NCBI RefSeq assembly: GCF_036321535.1
Contig: NC_087436.1
Location: 31,250,001-31,314,000, forward strand
From: Camelus dromedarius
Taxonomy: Eukaryota
Direction of reading: 5' to 3'
Length of the DNA: 64,000 nt
The notes under the pieces were generated by a model. The model worked only from the letters and a program-made list of their open reading frames with translations. It did not search any database and was not told where the DNA came from. Shown here one piece after another: positions 38,320-52,100 of this stretch. Positions within the stretch are counted from its first letter, which is position 1, and each line of letters begins with the position of its first letter. A program made the position numbers and the translations under genes.

Positions 38320-40330
38320 GACTTGGTTACCAGGGAAAGGAGTCTCAACTAGATAAGAAAAGGGTAAGAGAAAGCCAAATTGCTTTTAAATAGCTTTAAG
38401 TCTCAAGCACAAATGAAACATTTGCAAAGGCAGTAAAAGAAGATTCACATACAGCTGGAGAATAGCTACTGGGAAATACCTAGACAATGAGACAAGATGC
38501 AGAAAAACTGAAAATAGTCAAAATTCTCCCTAATTTTCAAAAGTGAGAGAAAGTGGATTTTGGAAATTATAACATGATATATTCTATCAGTCTCTGCCTC
38601 CATCTCCTGGCTTCCTGCTCTGGCTTTTCATTATACTCCTGTTCCTCATGGGAGAATTCAGCAATGAATCCATCAGGGTCCGGCTTCTTCCAAAGCCAAT
38701 CTTACTGAGACAAGATGTTATGGACTGAATGTTTGTGTCTCCCAAAATTCATACGATGAAATCTTACTCCCCAATGTGAATGTATTAGAAGGGGCCTTTA
38801 AGAGGTAATTAGGTTATAAGAGTGGAAGGAATGGAATTAGTGCCCTTATAAGAAGAGACAGGAGAGACCCCCCCACCGCTCGTCACCATGTGACGATACA
38901 AAAAGAAGACAGCAATCTGCAAATCAGGAAGCAGAACCTCACTAGACACTGGATCTCGGACTTCCCAGCCTCCAGAATTGTAAGAAATCAGTATTTATCA
39001 TTTAAGCCACGCAGTCTATGATAATTTGCCAGAGTAGCTCAAGCTAAGACTCAAAGTATATGTATGTTAATCTTCCCCTACCAGTAAGAATTAGAATGGA
39101 GTCCTTTATGTAGATCCAACTTCTTGTGGGTCTTTCTGCTAAGTGCCCTTGTCCCTGCAATCCTCTCTCTGTTTCCTTTTATCCATCTCCAAAAATTTTT
39201 GAGAATAAACTTTCAAATTGCTGTTTTGTGGGCAGTTTTGAGATAAAACTAATTACTAGCAACTACAGTGGCTCCACTGAGAACAAATCATGCCAATTTC
39301 ATTTCCTTTGCCTTAGAATTTCTACGTTAGTAAAGAAGAATAACCTACACAGAGTAGATACTAATTTCAGCAAAAAAATGACCAATTTGCCTATGATGCT
39401 CTAGAAGAATTGGAGGCTGGATGACAGCAGAATTCAAGGGACTGATAGCTGCCTGAGCTATATCCAAACAGTAAATATATTCATATCAACTGAGATATAT
39501 ACTTCACTCTGCCCTGTTCCAACTTTTATCAGTGAATTTTTTATTTTTTACAAAATATATAGGCATTTTTATCAACAGTATGGGTGACTCCAACTTAAGG
39601 AATGGATCCATTTACTGACAATAATTGACAATAAATTTTAAAATTCTTGAGTTAGAAGAGTGGATTGTAACTAACAATATGCAACTTGATGGGAATAAAG
39701 ACAGAATAATGGCTCAAAAAGTCAACTGTACAATTTCAGAGTGAGAGAGACCTAATACAAGAGCAGTTCTTGTTTTAAAATGTTCATCAGAAGGTAACAA
39801 TGAGATGTGGCTTCTAAAATAGCTCATATTAACTTGAGTTGTAGATAAATATCAATATCAAAAAAAGAAGGGATACTTCCACTGTACTGTGAATTTTTCC
39901 CTCCACATGCAGAACACTACATTTTGTCCTGGGATCCACATTTCAAGAAATATTGACATGCTAGAGTTATCCATAGACTATCAAAAATAACAAAGCTCCT
40001 ATAAATTATGTCATTTGAGAACTATTAGAATTAACAAAGACTGGAAATGTAGAGGCATAATAGGAATATAAGAGCTACATTCAAATATTTGAAAGATTTC
40101 AAAAGAAAGATTAGAATGAACTGAGCAGTAGCTCCAAATGTCAAAACTAAGACTAAAACTGTAAGTAATAAAAAGACAAATTTCAGCCCAGTATAATTCC
40201 CAAGGAAATAAAACTGGACCTTGCAAGAAGGTAAGCTTCTCATCACTGAGATGTTCCACCAGGAGGTTGAAGTGGCCACTAGAACTCAAACACGACAGGA
40301 GAAGCCACTATGTTAACTTCTAAAAGTTCC
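38320..40330 (+). mobile_element. Long L3/CR1 LINE fossil interrupted by nested MaLR LTRs (~38580-39190)
   Basis: ccctaattttcaaaag…gattttggaaattata (~PIFKKG…DxGNY); gaacaaatcatgccaa; 3' part …gtaagcttctcatcactgagatgttc…. Confidence 0.6.
38716..39051 (+). mobile_element. MaLR solo LTR, MLT1A-like
   Basis: tgttatggactgaatgtttgtgtctcccaaaattcata…ggacttcccagcctccagaattgtaagaaat…ctaagact; TSD caaga/caaag. Confidence 0.85.
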
Positions 40331-41554
40331 TTCTACCCCAAACTCATTGGACCATCAGCATTTCACTTTCCAGAGAGAGCTTTAGTGTAATTGTTCCCAA
40401 CATTGATTACAGAAAGCCAAATTTCTTTTAAATTAGATTCCTTTCTCTAATAGCCCAGAGCAAAGGTATATATTTAGAATTAAGAAAGACCTTTCATGGA
40501 ATTATCAATAGGTTTTTGTAAATACTAGCCCATCTTTGCAGACACCCCAAAGAATGGAGCAGTTGATCATTCATCAGCTGTGACCTCCAGAGTAGTTTCT
40601 CTACTTGGAGAAAAACTGAAGTTCCACCCCATCACACTTATACTTGCTTGACTTCACAACTGCAATATGCCCCTCTAGAGAGAGGTTCATTGTTAGTGTC
40701 ATGAGCATCGATCGATTGTATCTAAGCTGCTCTCACAGTGATTACACCGTCCCTTACTCCCCTTAAGTTTCACAGCCCAGAGCATGCCCAGGGCTCACTG
40801 CAGGCACACTCATTCTGATCAATGCAACACTAGCATACAACATGCGTTTATAGAGCCAAAGGCAGTTAGGGTCTCAGGATACTCCAATTGTAACAGAATT
40901 TCAGCTTTATTAGGTAACTGTCAAAGTTGCCTTGGTGTCTCTTAAAATTTTAAATCAGGAGAAAATATAAATGCAGAAAAGCCATGATAAGTTAACTTAG
41001 CAATCTGTTGTAATAAACATGTGCACTATGAACATACATTATGGAAATCAGATGGAGAGCCCAGAGAGCCATAATAGAGAAAGAAATGTGAGCATAGTGA
41101 GATCATAAAAATTGTGTTATATATCAACAAGAGTTTTTCTTTTTAAGCATCCTAGTCAAGATTCCTGCTTAACATATTTGAAGAGCAACCCACCCCTCTA
41201 TTTTAAAAATGCACTATTCATTCAATGGGTACAATAATGCAAAGAAAGTTTGAAACCCAAGAGATAGAGAAAATAATGAAAGTCGAGAAAGGAGGTATTA
41301 CAATGTAGAGGATGATACCTGTGTATATCTACTGTCTCTACTGAGATCCAGACATCGACTTTATTGTCTTAATATCTCTTATCTAATTTCTTTGTCTCTG
41401 TATATAGGTCCTACTATGTGTTCATTTCAGTATTTCTTTCTTTAATCATGAATTGCAAAAGAGAAAATCTTAATGTCTAAAAGCCTCTTTTTGTATAAGC
41501 CTCAGATTGGGGTGGGGGAGAGGGGTAGGGAGTGTTTCTTTAAAAGCTGGTGGA

Positions 41555-41654
41555 TTCATGTACGACTGAGGAATTGTGCTGTACAGCAGAAATTGACACA
41601 ACATGGTAAACTGACTATACCTCAATAAAAAATACATAAACAAACAAATAAATA
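41555..41654 (+). mobile_element. ~100-bp 5'-truncated L1 3' end
   Basis: tgtgctgtacagcagaaattgacacaacatggtaaactgactatacctcaataaaa plus A-rich tail; 13-bp TSD aaaagctggtgga (41542-41554) / aaaagctagtgga (41655-41667) at a TT|AAAA endonuclease site. Confidence 0.88.
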
Positions 41655-43051
41655 AAAAGCTAGTGGAAAAATTCTTAGGTAAAGAAATGTATTGTTTAGC
41701 AAATAATAGCCTTAAAAGGCTATTTTATATATGAATAGACAGTTTCCTTGGCATGACTAGAATTGACTATGAATGAGACAAAGAATACTGCAAAATGGAA
41801 ACAAAAGGAGGGGGTGGGATTTGAGTTTCCACTAGCTGCCCTACAAAGAGAGGGTGACAGTAGCACTAAGAACCTGGAAAAGCAGAGGAAATGTGAGGAG
41901 TAGGGGTGAAAGGCTGGAAGCTGGGACATGAGGAAGAAAAACAGCTAGTGGGAAGTTCCTGGAACTGGTTTAGCCACATTTAAGAATATAAGGATAGAGA
42001 TGGTTAATGATCAAAATAGATTGTTTCTGAACTGTGCTCTGATGAAACACAGCCTTCCTCCAAATGATCCCTCATCTTCTGTAAAAGCCTATTCACGCAA
42101 TTATCTGAATTTCAAGATGAAAATCATGGCATAGGCGCTCTATTACCCATTTGGATCAACTCAGAACAAACAGAAGAAAATGGAAAAGATTATAAATGAA
42201 AAAGAACAATGGAGAATTCATCAGACTTAACAAACTGGAATAAGAAATGATTCGAAGAAACGGATTCTGAGATTCTTCAGAAATACTGATTAGTACATCA
42301 TATATGAAGTTGAGATAGATAAGGGATTTAATCATTTTTAATTTAAACATCATACAGTAGAATGACCCAAATAGGTTGGAAAACTTGGGGATATAGTGGC
42401 AGCTGAATTTAGGATTAAGCACATACAAATTGGCTGTTACCATGTGACTCTTGGTGATATTAATGTAGAACAACTGATTCAAATCTGTCTCTTAGAGACG
42501 CTTTAAGGTCTGATATGGGAGGGGAGCGAAGACTAAGAGCAAGCTGAATGGAAGAGCCTCTGGGTCCCTACTTCAACCAAAACAGGTCCAATTTTGCATA
42601 ATTTGCAAACTAAGATTCTATATAATATTTCAGTTTTAACAAAGGCCCACATATTAATATATAAGTATAAATAAATATTTATAAAATTTAGATACTATTA
42701 CTGAAAATACCTAAACATTGGCTGAATCAAACTAGAAAGTATTTACAGCTTGTGATATAATTTACAATTCAACAGAAAATGGAGGAGAAAAGAAGAAAGG
42801 AGAATGAGGAGAACAAGAGATGGCCAATCATTAAATTCAAGCTTTGTTTAATCATTTTTTAATTCAGATTTAATTCCACCTTCTTGTCCCAATCTCAGAA
42901 GTTTTATCCTTAAAATTCCCATCTCATAACCTACAGCAATATCTCTAGCATCCAGATGAATCAAGTTCTGCTTTTCTTCCCATAATCCTACGAATACTGT
43001 TGCCTAGACCAGACGTTCACCTCTTCTTTCCTGGACAAATCTAGACTACTG

Positions 43052-43335
43052 TTCTCAGCCTCAGTTAATTAGCTGTGGCACTGTGACTGAGTGCTAGCCA
43101 ACAAAATATGTGTGGAAGTAAATGTCACACTTCCAGGCCTGGCCCATTACAGCCATCCATAATCTTTTCCCTGCCACCTGCTGGATGTTCATATAACCTC
43201 AAAGCTTCAGCTGAAGATGGCAGAGACTCTATTAGCCTAAATCTGTGAATGACTGTGTGGAGCAAAACACTTCAACAGACTGGAACGACCTCTGTATTTC
43301 TGAGCCATTAAAATACTTCAGGATTCATCTGCTAT
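43052..43335 (+). mobile_element. Old MaLR LTR fragment (MLT1I/J-like)
   Basis: tgtgactgagtgctagccaac…gtggaagtaaatgtcacacttccaggcctggcc…gaagatggcagag…gaatgactgtgtggagca. Confidence 0.7.
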
Positions 43336-46300
43336 GTGATGTTCACTTGTTATATTTATGACGTTACCTAAACCAGTATAAATATGTAAACCCTCTGTCC
43401 TACTCTGTTTTCGTCTTTAACCATTCAGCAAACCTTCAGAAGTGTTTCACTCAGTATGTCGATTAATTTTTATCGAGAACTGACAGAAATGACAGTGAAA
43501 CTGGTATTCATTTATACCAAACATGTAAAATTCTATTTCATTTTGGGCCTACAGAGAAACCCATAAATGCTACCAATTTATCAAAATACATTTTCTGACA
43601 AGACTCCTATGTAGCACTAACATGGTATTATGAGAGAGTTGAAAATTATCTACTTTAAAAAAGTTTTCCAGCTATATTTTCTATCCAATTATTTATTATA
43701 TATCAAAGCATTAAAGAAGGTTGAATAATATACGCCTATCCAATAATGCTTCAGTGCCTTAGCAGTTATGAAATACTAAGCAACTGGACAAGGGATGGTA
43801 AATTGCCTCTCTTATTTTGCTGGCGGAGAGGTGGCAAAGCAAAGCAAAATCCCATGTTGAATATTGGGGTGGTTCAGAAGTTCTGTTTGGGAATTTTTTA
43901 TCTGTCACTCTCAATCACTGCAGCATTCTTATTCTCAAATATCTCTTCCATGTGCAATAATTCACACTTCTTTAACATGTGAGAACCCTTGCACATACTC
44001 ATATATTCTAATTTATGTACTTGCCTTTAGGCACATTCAGAATAAACTACTTATGAAATGGTAGATGACCTTTTGAATTTTTCTTTGACAATAAAGGAAA
44101 TCTGAGTGAAGGGATTAACTGACACTCTGAGTAATATAAGATTCTGCAACTTTTTTTTCTAGAGAACTCAGGAGAGAGGAAACCAGTAAAAATTTAAATA
44201 CAGCTTGTCCAAAGGAATCTGCTACGATATGCTGTGTTTACCCTGAATGTGAAATGCAAAATAACGCTTATACATCAGATTGTCTTTGGTGAGGTGATCA
44301 TTAAAACCCATTCCAATGTCTGAAAACCTTTATTTCAAGTTTTATCTGATTATTTCCTTGTGTGATCCCAAAAATGCAGACACAAAATCAATGGAAAAGA
44401 CATGAAATGATGAGCCAGGTTGCTGTGGTTTCAAGCTTTAGTTTATACTGCAACCTCTGCCTAGACAAGCATTGAAATTTTCCTTATGAGAAAAGACGTT
44501 AAAAAGAGGAGAGATGTGCTGGACATGAAATTTAACCACTCCACTTGTGTCAAATGCATAGTGATCACTGAGTAACTTGACTTCCCTTTCTCAGTTTAGT
44601 GAGAAATATGTATTTGTATTTATTTTTGTGCAGAAATACAAATAAAATGCCATCTAAGTGGCACTGCTTTTGTAGGGATAAGGAGGTGATCTCACACTGG
44701 CCTCAGTTCAGATTGATTGTTCCATCTTTTTACTGAAGAAATACATTTAAAACAAATTTAGTTTAGAGGAGTCTAGCAATAATGCCTGCCTAATAGAAAC
44801 AATTTCTTAGTGCCTTCAGCAGGCCCTGATAACAAAGTGCATAACAGCTGCAAAAGAAGCAGCCCAATGAGTATCTTCTGCTGATGGTGATTGATCCAGT
44901 CTCATAATGAAGTGAAAGCTTTTTTAGAGCCAAAGCAATTTTTGCCCACATCCTTTATCAGAAGAAACCATAATGAATTGTGTTAGTTGCCAGCATTTAT
45001 TGAAAATTTCATCTTAGAACGTTGGCCAGATGTCATTATACCAGAATTAAGTGCAGCCTGAGAGCCCTGCTGTAATGCACAGAATCTCTCTCCATCATTG
45101 TTCTGGAGTCGGCTTGAGTCTGCCTCCAAATATTATAGAGAGGTAAAAAAAGCTTTAAACTACAATTGATTAAGTGCTTTATGCATATCACGTCTTGTTT
45201 TTTTTCTTAAAAGAAACTTAATAGCCTAAATTCTATGTACAGTTTTAATGTACAAGTGTTAGTCTAATAAATAAGATAAAAATATTTTTTAAAACCTCAC
45301 ACTGATTTCTGATGTTCCTAAAAACTAAAAAAAAAAAAAAAACATTTAATATTGTTTGCAACCTGGAAGCTATTTTAGTAACGCTTTCAGATTTTTCTGA
45401 AAGGTATGAGAATTAGGTACCATTCTAAAGAGTAAACGGTACACGAAAAGCATCTTCATTAAAAAGATTGTATTTAATGGATTATCTAGCCTAATATATT
45501 GAAATCATGTGATGTCTTCCACTTTTACATTATTTCATGTCATCAGACATAATCATGTTCCTTGATCTGATGAATCTTAGAGAATTACTGTCAAGCTATC
45601 TTTGGCTGAAAGATCTGTTTATGTGAAACTGACTTGTAGTTTTGCAGCTAAGTAAAAAGATAAATCCATCTGCTGTCTGTTATCTCACCTTTTTTATGAA
45701 AGGCTTCAGCGTGAAGCGTAGAACATGAAAAAAAAACTTTCTTTGGCTGCTTCCTTTTCATATATTAAACCAGAGTTTTCAGCATTTTAGATGGAACAGT
45801 CTCTCAACTGTGCTTATAAAAACCATCAGTTCTCATTTCTAGCATCAGTATATATAAGTTGATCACATACATTCAGATGCAAAGCAGGTCACTAGCTTTA
45901 GACAAGAGTCACAATATAAGAAATATTAGGAGTCAGTGCACAGCATGTGACCTGATGATTTAGTATTTCACAGTCTACCGAGCAGAAAAGAAAAGGTAGA
46001 GCCTTCAACTAAGGCACACCTAGTGTGTTAAGGATGTTTCCTCCTCAAGTGTGATAATCCAAGTTATCACAAATAGCATATTACAACTAAGAAAAATTTC
46101 AAGTTTAATATTAGAAGGAATATATTTGCCCTGATTGAAATTTCTTTGTTTTTAAAGCATCCTGCTTTACTTTTACCTAACACTGGCCATGTGGATTAAA
46201 AAGTCCCTAGTGCTTGCAAACGCTTCACTTTTTACATGTTCTAATCAATTAAAATTGCTTTTTAGATTAGATTAAGAAGTACAAAACCAGACAATTCCAG

Positions 46301-48934
46301 AAATGTGAAATACACCATGTGTATGTGTGATATTTGTGATGAGGTTGACAGTTACAAAGTTTGCTGTGACTGATATATCCATGCCAGATTATATCTGCAC
46401 AAGGAATTACAAATTGTCATGAATTCAACCAGTTCATTAATTAATTTGCTTATTGATTTTCTTTCTATTCTTCTGGTCCAAATAACGTTTTTAGGATTAT
46501 TACTCTGGAATACAGGAATGTATGGTTTATTATACATATGTTTCAGTACCTGAATACACGAATAGATGTGTGTCTTACACTATGCAAAAAAAAAAAATTT
46601 CAAGTGTAACAGTTTTAAAAAATTTAATGTATAACTTTCTATTTAGTGCTTCTATTCAATATCAACAAACCCCCTCAGTACCTGGGCACTAGGAGAATTA
46701 AGATTTACAGTTTAATCTTATAGCTCAGAGCATGTTTTGGAAATAATGCCTCTCTGCTGAGAATAAGATACTTTTCAGTGCTATGACTTGAGGGAATTGC
46801 TATTTGGAGATCTCTACAGGATGTTTCTACCAGAATACACTGAGGTGCATACTGGTCTTGCCCTGAAATGTGAGTCTGTCTACAAAATAATAAACTCCTA
46901 CACTTAATATTATATAAAATACTCTTTCATACAACAAAACAGCTCTTCTTACCTGGCTTCCCCTCGGGAATGAAACATTATGAAATAAATGAATTTTCCT
47001 CCAACACACACACACACACAATCACACAAAAAAAAGCAGTTCATGTTATGACGAGTGATCCCTCAGACCCGTAGACACAAAAAAGGAGTATTTTTAACAA
47101 TGCCTCATTACAAGTTAAAAGCATTACCCTGGAGCACTATGGCATCCCTCCTTGTACAATTTGGGAAAATGCTTCTCTGACTGTAGTTGTGTCTTTTTAA
47201 TAGCAACCAGTGCAATCCTGTTGTCTGTTCTGAAAGTTCATTACCATTCTTTCCCCTTCTCTATTTAGAGTATCATACTTCTTGTACTTATAATTTTGGT
47301 ATTTCTTAGCACCTATAAAGGGTAGCAGGTGGTCTCTTTTGAAGCCTGAATTCTTCTATTTATGTACTGAGTAAAATCAGAGAGCTGTCTTCTCTCCTCT
47401 GTAGCCCCTTTTAGAGGGACCAGCTTTCATGGTGGGAGGTTATTTGATGTCTCTTCTTGTTTGGTCCCTAGTGCCTTCACTGAACCTGCCTTTGAGATGG
47501 TGAACACAGAAATAAAAATCCTGTTGATGGGGAAAATTTCAAGATGGCCAGCTTATCACCCACAAGCTACTAGCTGTTTATAACGAGCTTCATTTAGTCT
47601 GGGGACTCCATATGTAAAGCAAAGTACAAAATTGAGGCTATTTAAAGTTTTCCACATTATTTTGTATTTTAAGATTAAAGACCAGTGGTTCATATTGTTG
47701 GTATAGAGCATTTAAAATAATATATTCTTAACCTAACTTTCATCTACCTATTTGTATAAGGAAAAAAATCCCCATTCTAATCTATATGACTTCTACATAT
47801 TTGTATTTCAGAATATATTTCCAAAGCCTCAAATCTGGAGAAATAAATTTCTATAATGATTTCCCTTATTATGTATATAGTGGTCAATATGATGGAATCT
47901 ATGATGTAAAATTGGTTGAATTATATTTTAAATTTCTAACTCAAAGATTCTTGGTTATACCATTTCTCTTTGGTGACATCTGAATTCCCCCTTTTATTGG
48001 CTTAGCTACATTTTACAAAGTTTCACATCTTTTCATTATTTTTTCTGTTTGAAAATAATCCATTCTGTCTGATTCTTCATCACCCACATTATTATCATTT
48101 TTTATGAATTTGTATGAAAAATACTAGTACCTAATTCATCAGCTAAATTGATAGGTCATGATACAAGTAAGGTCATTGCTAGACCATAAAATGGTGTTGT
48201 TCAAATCAGAACATTTCCCCTTTTACAAAAACACATCTCTGCCATGGCATCTTCACATAGGTGAAAAAAGGGTGTTCTCTCCTCCAGGTAGATGAAGCTT
48301 TTGAGCTCAACAAGCTACGATGGATTGCGTATCATATACCAACTTAGCCAGGGGCCCCATCTGTACACATTGGCCAGTGATACTAAACTAAAAAAAATAA
48401 ATGCTGTAACATGAGAGAGTCTGCTTTTACAGAGGCCATATTGCTGATAAGAATCAGCTACTTTGGAAATCTTTTTCCTTAGTCATGTGAAAGACCAGGA
48501 GATAAGGGAGTAAAAGAATGTATGTCAGTATAAATATATGTGTGTGTGTCATGTATACACCATATATAGATGACAGGGTGAGATGGTGTGCAGATATTGA
48601 TATAGCTGTAATGGGGATTTCAATTCATATCAGTCATGGAGAAGACCAGGGAAGTGTGGTTCCATGAGATTTACACAAACACACACACACATACATGTGA
48701 AAACTCATCACTACTTCCAGAAAAAAACCTCAAATTATATTTTCTGGTTTGTATCACATTCATGACACTATTTTTCTTTACAAGTCATGGTTTTGACACC
48801 AGCAAAGCCCAATAACAATTCCTGGGAAATAAAAATAGAATCTGGGTAATAAAATAAATCTAACCTTTTTCTTTTCCTTTGTGCTTCGTCTAGTTTCCCC
48901 TGCTCATAGGGTGCCACGTACAGAGGCCCTGCCT

Positions 48935-49170
48935 CCAGCTCTTCGCACCAAAGTTCCTAGTGCAAACGCGGGCGCCGACGCTTCAGCCTGGTGACCGCGC
49001 GCGGAAGCGCAGAGCGGGACGAGGCACCTCAAGATGGCGGCGGCAGCGCCCCGCGCAGCGTCGCTGCGCAGGCACAGGACCTCCAGCCAGGGCAGTGCAG
49101 CTGCGCGGGGCAGGCGAGAGCTCCGCCCCCTCCCTGCTCCCGAGAAGCCAGCCCCGCCCACGGCCTTTCA
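48935..49170. promoter_or_regulatory. CpG micro-island, probable promoter
   Basis: The only CpG-dense stretch in the window; YY1 motif CAAGATGGCGGC 49030-49041, ETS-like GCGGAAG ~49001, GC boxes at 49121-49130 and 49151-49160. Confidence 0.75.
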
Positions 49171-52100
49171 TGGGGAGTGTGTGCTCTAGGGTTCAAGCTG
49201 GAACCTCTCCATTCCTTGATCAAAGAATAAACCTTTCCTTTGCTTCTGAAGTGAACTCAGTCTCATTCTTTTGGCTTGAAGGACACTGGACAGGAGGACC
49301 CTTTTTGGGTCCTGGCTTAAAAGGGTTGGCAAGTTTCAATGCAAATTTGGTAGTGAGATTTCTTTTCTTTCTTGGTTGGCAAAAATGGACAAACCAATTA
49401 ATGACAGTAGCGTTTGTCACACTGGTAGCATTACAGAAGTTTGGTATATTCAGTCACGTGGAGTGGCATGTGGAAAAGACGTTTGCTCCCTGCGATCAAT
49501 GGCTTTTATACTCAACGTATTATTTCTTTTTGTTTAGAAATATTACGTTGAGTATAAAAGCTATTGATTACAGGCAGAAAATATACTTACCAATTACTGC
49601 CTTAAAGAAGAATATAAAGTGCTCTCCAGCTGAAGTGGTTACAGCTGGTGCATACAATAACCCACCACCACACCGGTTTTTCTCAGTTCACATAGCATAT
49701 CAGAGAGGTTCCATGTTCTTCTTAAACAAATGCTTGCATGTTTACTTTTTCTTTTAACTTAAAATCCATGGTAGAGTTTCAGCAAAAATAAATAGGAAAA
49801 CGTGTGGCTGGGATTCCTGCCGGGAGATCGGCCGTCTAAAAAGCCTGCTATGTAATCAGCTAAGGCAGTTAGTGGCTTTTTACAGCTTCAAAGCTGCACT
49901 TTTTCAGAGGCCGAATTTTTCAGCCCATGCATCCTGCCCACAATTTATAAGAATGCCAAGGGCACTGGAATGCTGCTTTGGTAAACAATAACTTTAAATA
50001 TTACAGTTGATCTAAGCCACCTTTCAGCTTTACATTCGAATGAGCATGTACAAATAGGCACTCCTAAATTAACAGATTCTGTGGTCTATTTACACACCTT
50101 CAATCAACCCACCATCTTTGCACTCGGTAGTCAGATTACAATGAGGGACCTCACCCCTTACTGCTCTTCTCTTTGGGAGAGAAGAAAGGTCCCCTCCCAG
50201 CCTCCATACCCACCTTATTGATTGCCTTTCGAAGCCACAAAGAATTTCTGCTCAGTTGGTGTTCCGTTTAAACTTTGTATTCTTTTGGCAGTGCCATTAA
50301 CAACTCCCCAGAGGGCATACCATGCCTGAGAGAAGGGCAAGGCTGCCCCAAAGAAAGATGAGAAAGAATAATCTAAATTTACTACTCCTACACCCTGGGG
50401 CCAGCCCATGACTAATTTCTAACTAACAAGCGGCTCTTTCAGATTCCACTGTGTTTGTCACACACTGCATTTCAACCCAGAGATTTCTCTTGCTACTCAT
50501 TTGCTCCCTGGCACAAACTAATTGCTGTATGCAGCAGCCAGGCTCTGGAAACTGGCAGGGATGGAGCTATAGAAACCTAGCAGATAATAATAAAGAAATA
50601 CTTTTTAAGAAACCATCTTCTTACAGAGACTCTGTCATCACTCCTCAGAAGACACTCAGGGCAGTGGTGTTCTACTCACCCTACACCTTTTCAGAAACAA
50701 GGAAATCCTTTCCTACCTTGCAGTAGCTAAATGTCCTTACTTGCCATCTGGCTTTCTGACAGGCTTTGGGTTTTAAATCAAGCATGAAACATGAAAAGCG
50801 GTAAATAGCAAAAGTCTGACAGAGCACTCCTGTAATATTTGCAAATTTCATTTGCTTTAGACAGTGTGTTGGATAAACGAAATTAGGACTTCAAAACATC
50901 TCCTCTGACTTACAGTGAGGTTTACACCTCTCTCAAGTTTCTCTGCTCTTATACAATTGCTGCATCATAAGACCAAATAAATTTCTTAAGAATTGTTCAG
51001 ACCACTATGTAAAGACACTTTAGATCATTAAAAGGTTTATATCTCATGTATAAAGAAGAATGAGGGAAAAAAAGAATGAACTATTACATTTAAATCAGAG
51101 AGACTAGTAATAGGAAGTAGATTTATCCTCATCTGGGAAAAACTAATACACCACAGCAGTTAAGCTATATTCATTTTTATGGCACAGTATACAAAATATG
51201 TAAACTATTTGTTTGAGATAGAGATTGACCAAAGAAAGTATTATTCTCATGGACTTTCTCTGCACAGGTAATAATTTTTGAAGTGAAATGAGCAGATCTA
51301 TAAACAAGTAGAAATATCAAACTATATCTCTGAAAACTGTTTTTTTTTTTAAAAAAGCCACTAAAACCTTATACTGAACCTACTAGAAATATGTACAAGT
51401 AAATAGGAATTACTTTGTAAGCATTACTTCTCTCTCTCATCTTCAGATGTTGCAATTTCATTGAGGAACAATGGTAAAGAAAAATACCAGAGCAAATTTT
51501 TAATGTTTCTATGGCTTTAATGAGTCTCCTAAAGTGGGAATCTTCTTAAATCTCCAAAGAGATGGAGGTTTTGAAATACTCTTATCAACTTTTTAGAGCA
51601 GAGATGTTATACACACACAATATAGCTTTGGGGCACTATTCTGAATTTAACTGATTTGAAGGAAGCTCATCAATTGCAGACTGAGAGCTGCTGTTTCCAG
51701 AGTTGTGACTGCATTTCCAGCAATGATTTCTACCCGTTACCTACCATGCACCACTTACTAAACACAAAACCCATTGCCCTGAAGAATCTGTTCACAATCT
51801 CTGCAACAGTGGCATCTGCAGAGGGAGCTCCAGCCACTTGAAACTCATTAAAGCATACTTGAGATTGACAATGAGTAGAGAACATCTGTCAGACTTGGCC
51901 AAGATTTCAATCAAGTGTGATGTTGCTGTGTTACTTGACTACATTGACTTAATAAGTGAGTTGGCTGTTGTCAGCACAAGGAAAGTTTGGTTGTAATTAC
52001 TATCCTGTCCTTTTTTCTATTTTCTGAAATGTTCTTTCACTTAAATGTTCATGTTCTACGTGAAATGTATGAAAATGGATTTGATGGAATAATATACCAT

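Noticed and set aside
45505..45573. C/D snoRNA-like layout (GTGATGT…CTGA)
   Set aside because: Box C is mismatched, the terminal stem is minimal and no guide is recognisable
49034..49189. AAGATGGCGGCG as a Kozak start (MAAAAPRAASLRR…)
   Set aside because: The frame closes after about 50 codons with no good donor before the stop; the motif is explained as a YY1 site.
48960..49757. Longest ORF (265 aa) starting in the CpG island
   Set aside because: GTG start; GC-rich low-complexity N-half and AT-rich intron-like C-half; no recognisable domain. Best explained by stop-codon scarcity in a CpG island.
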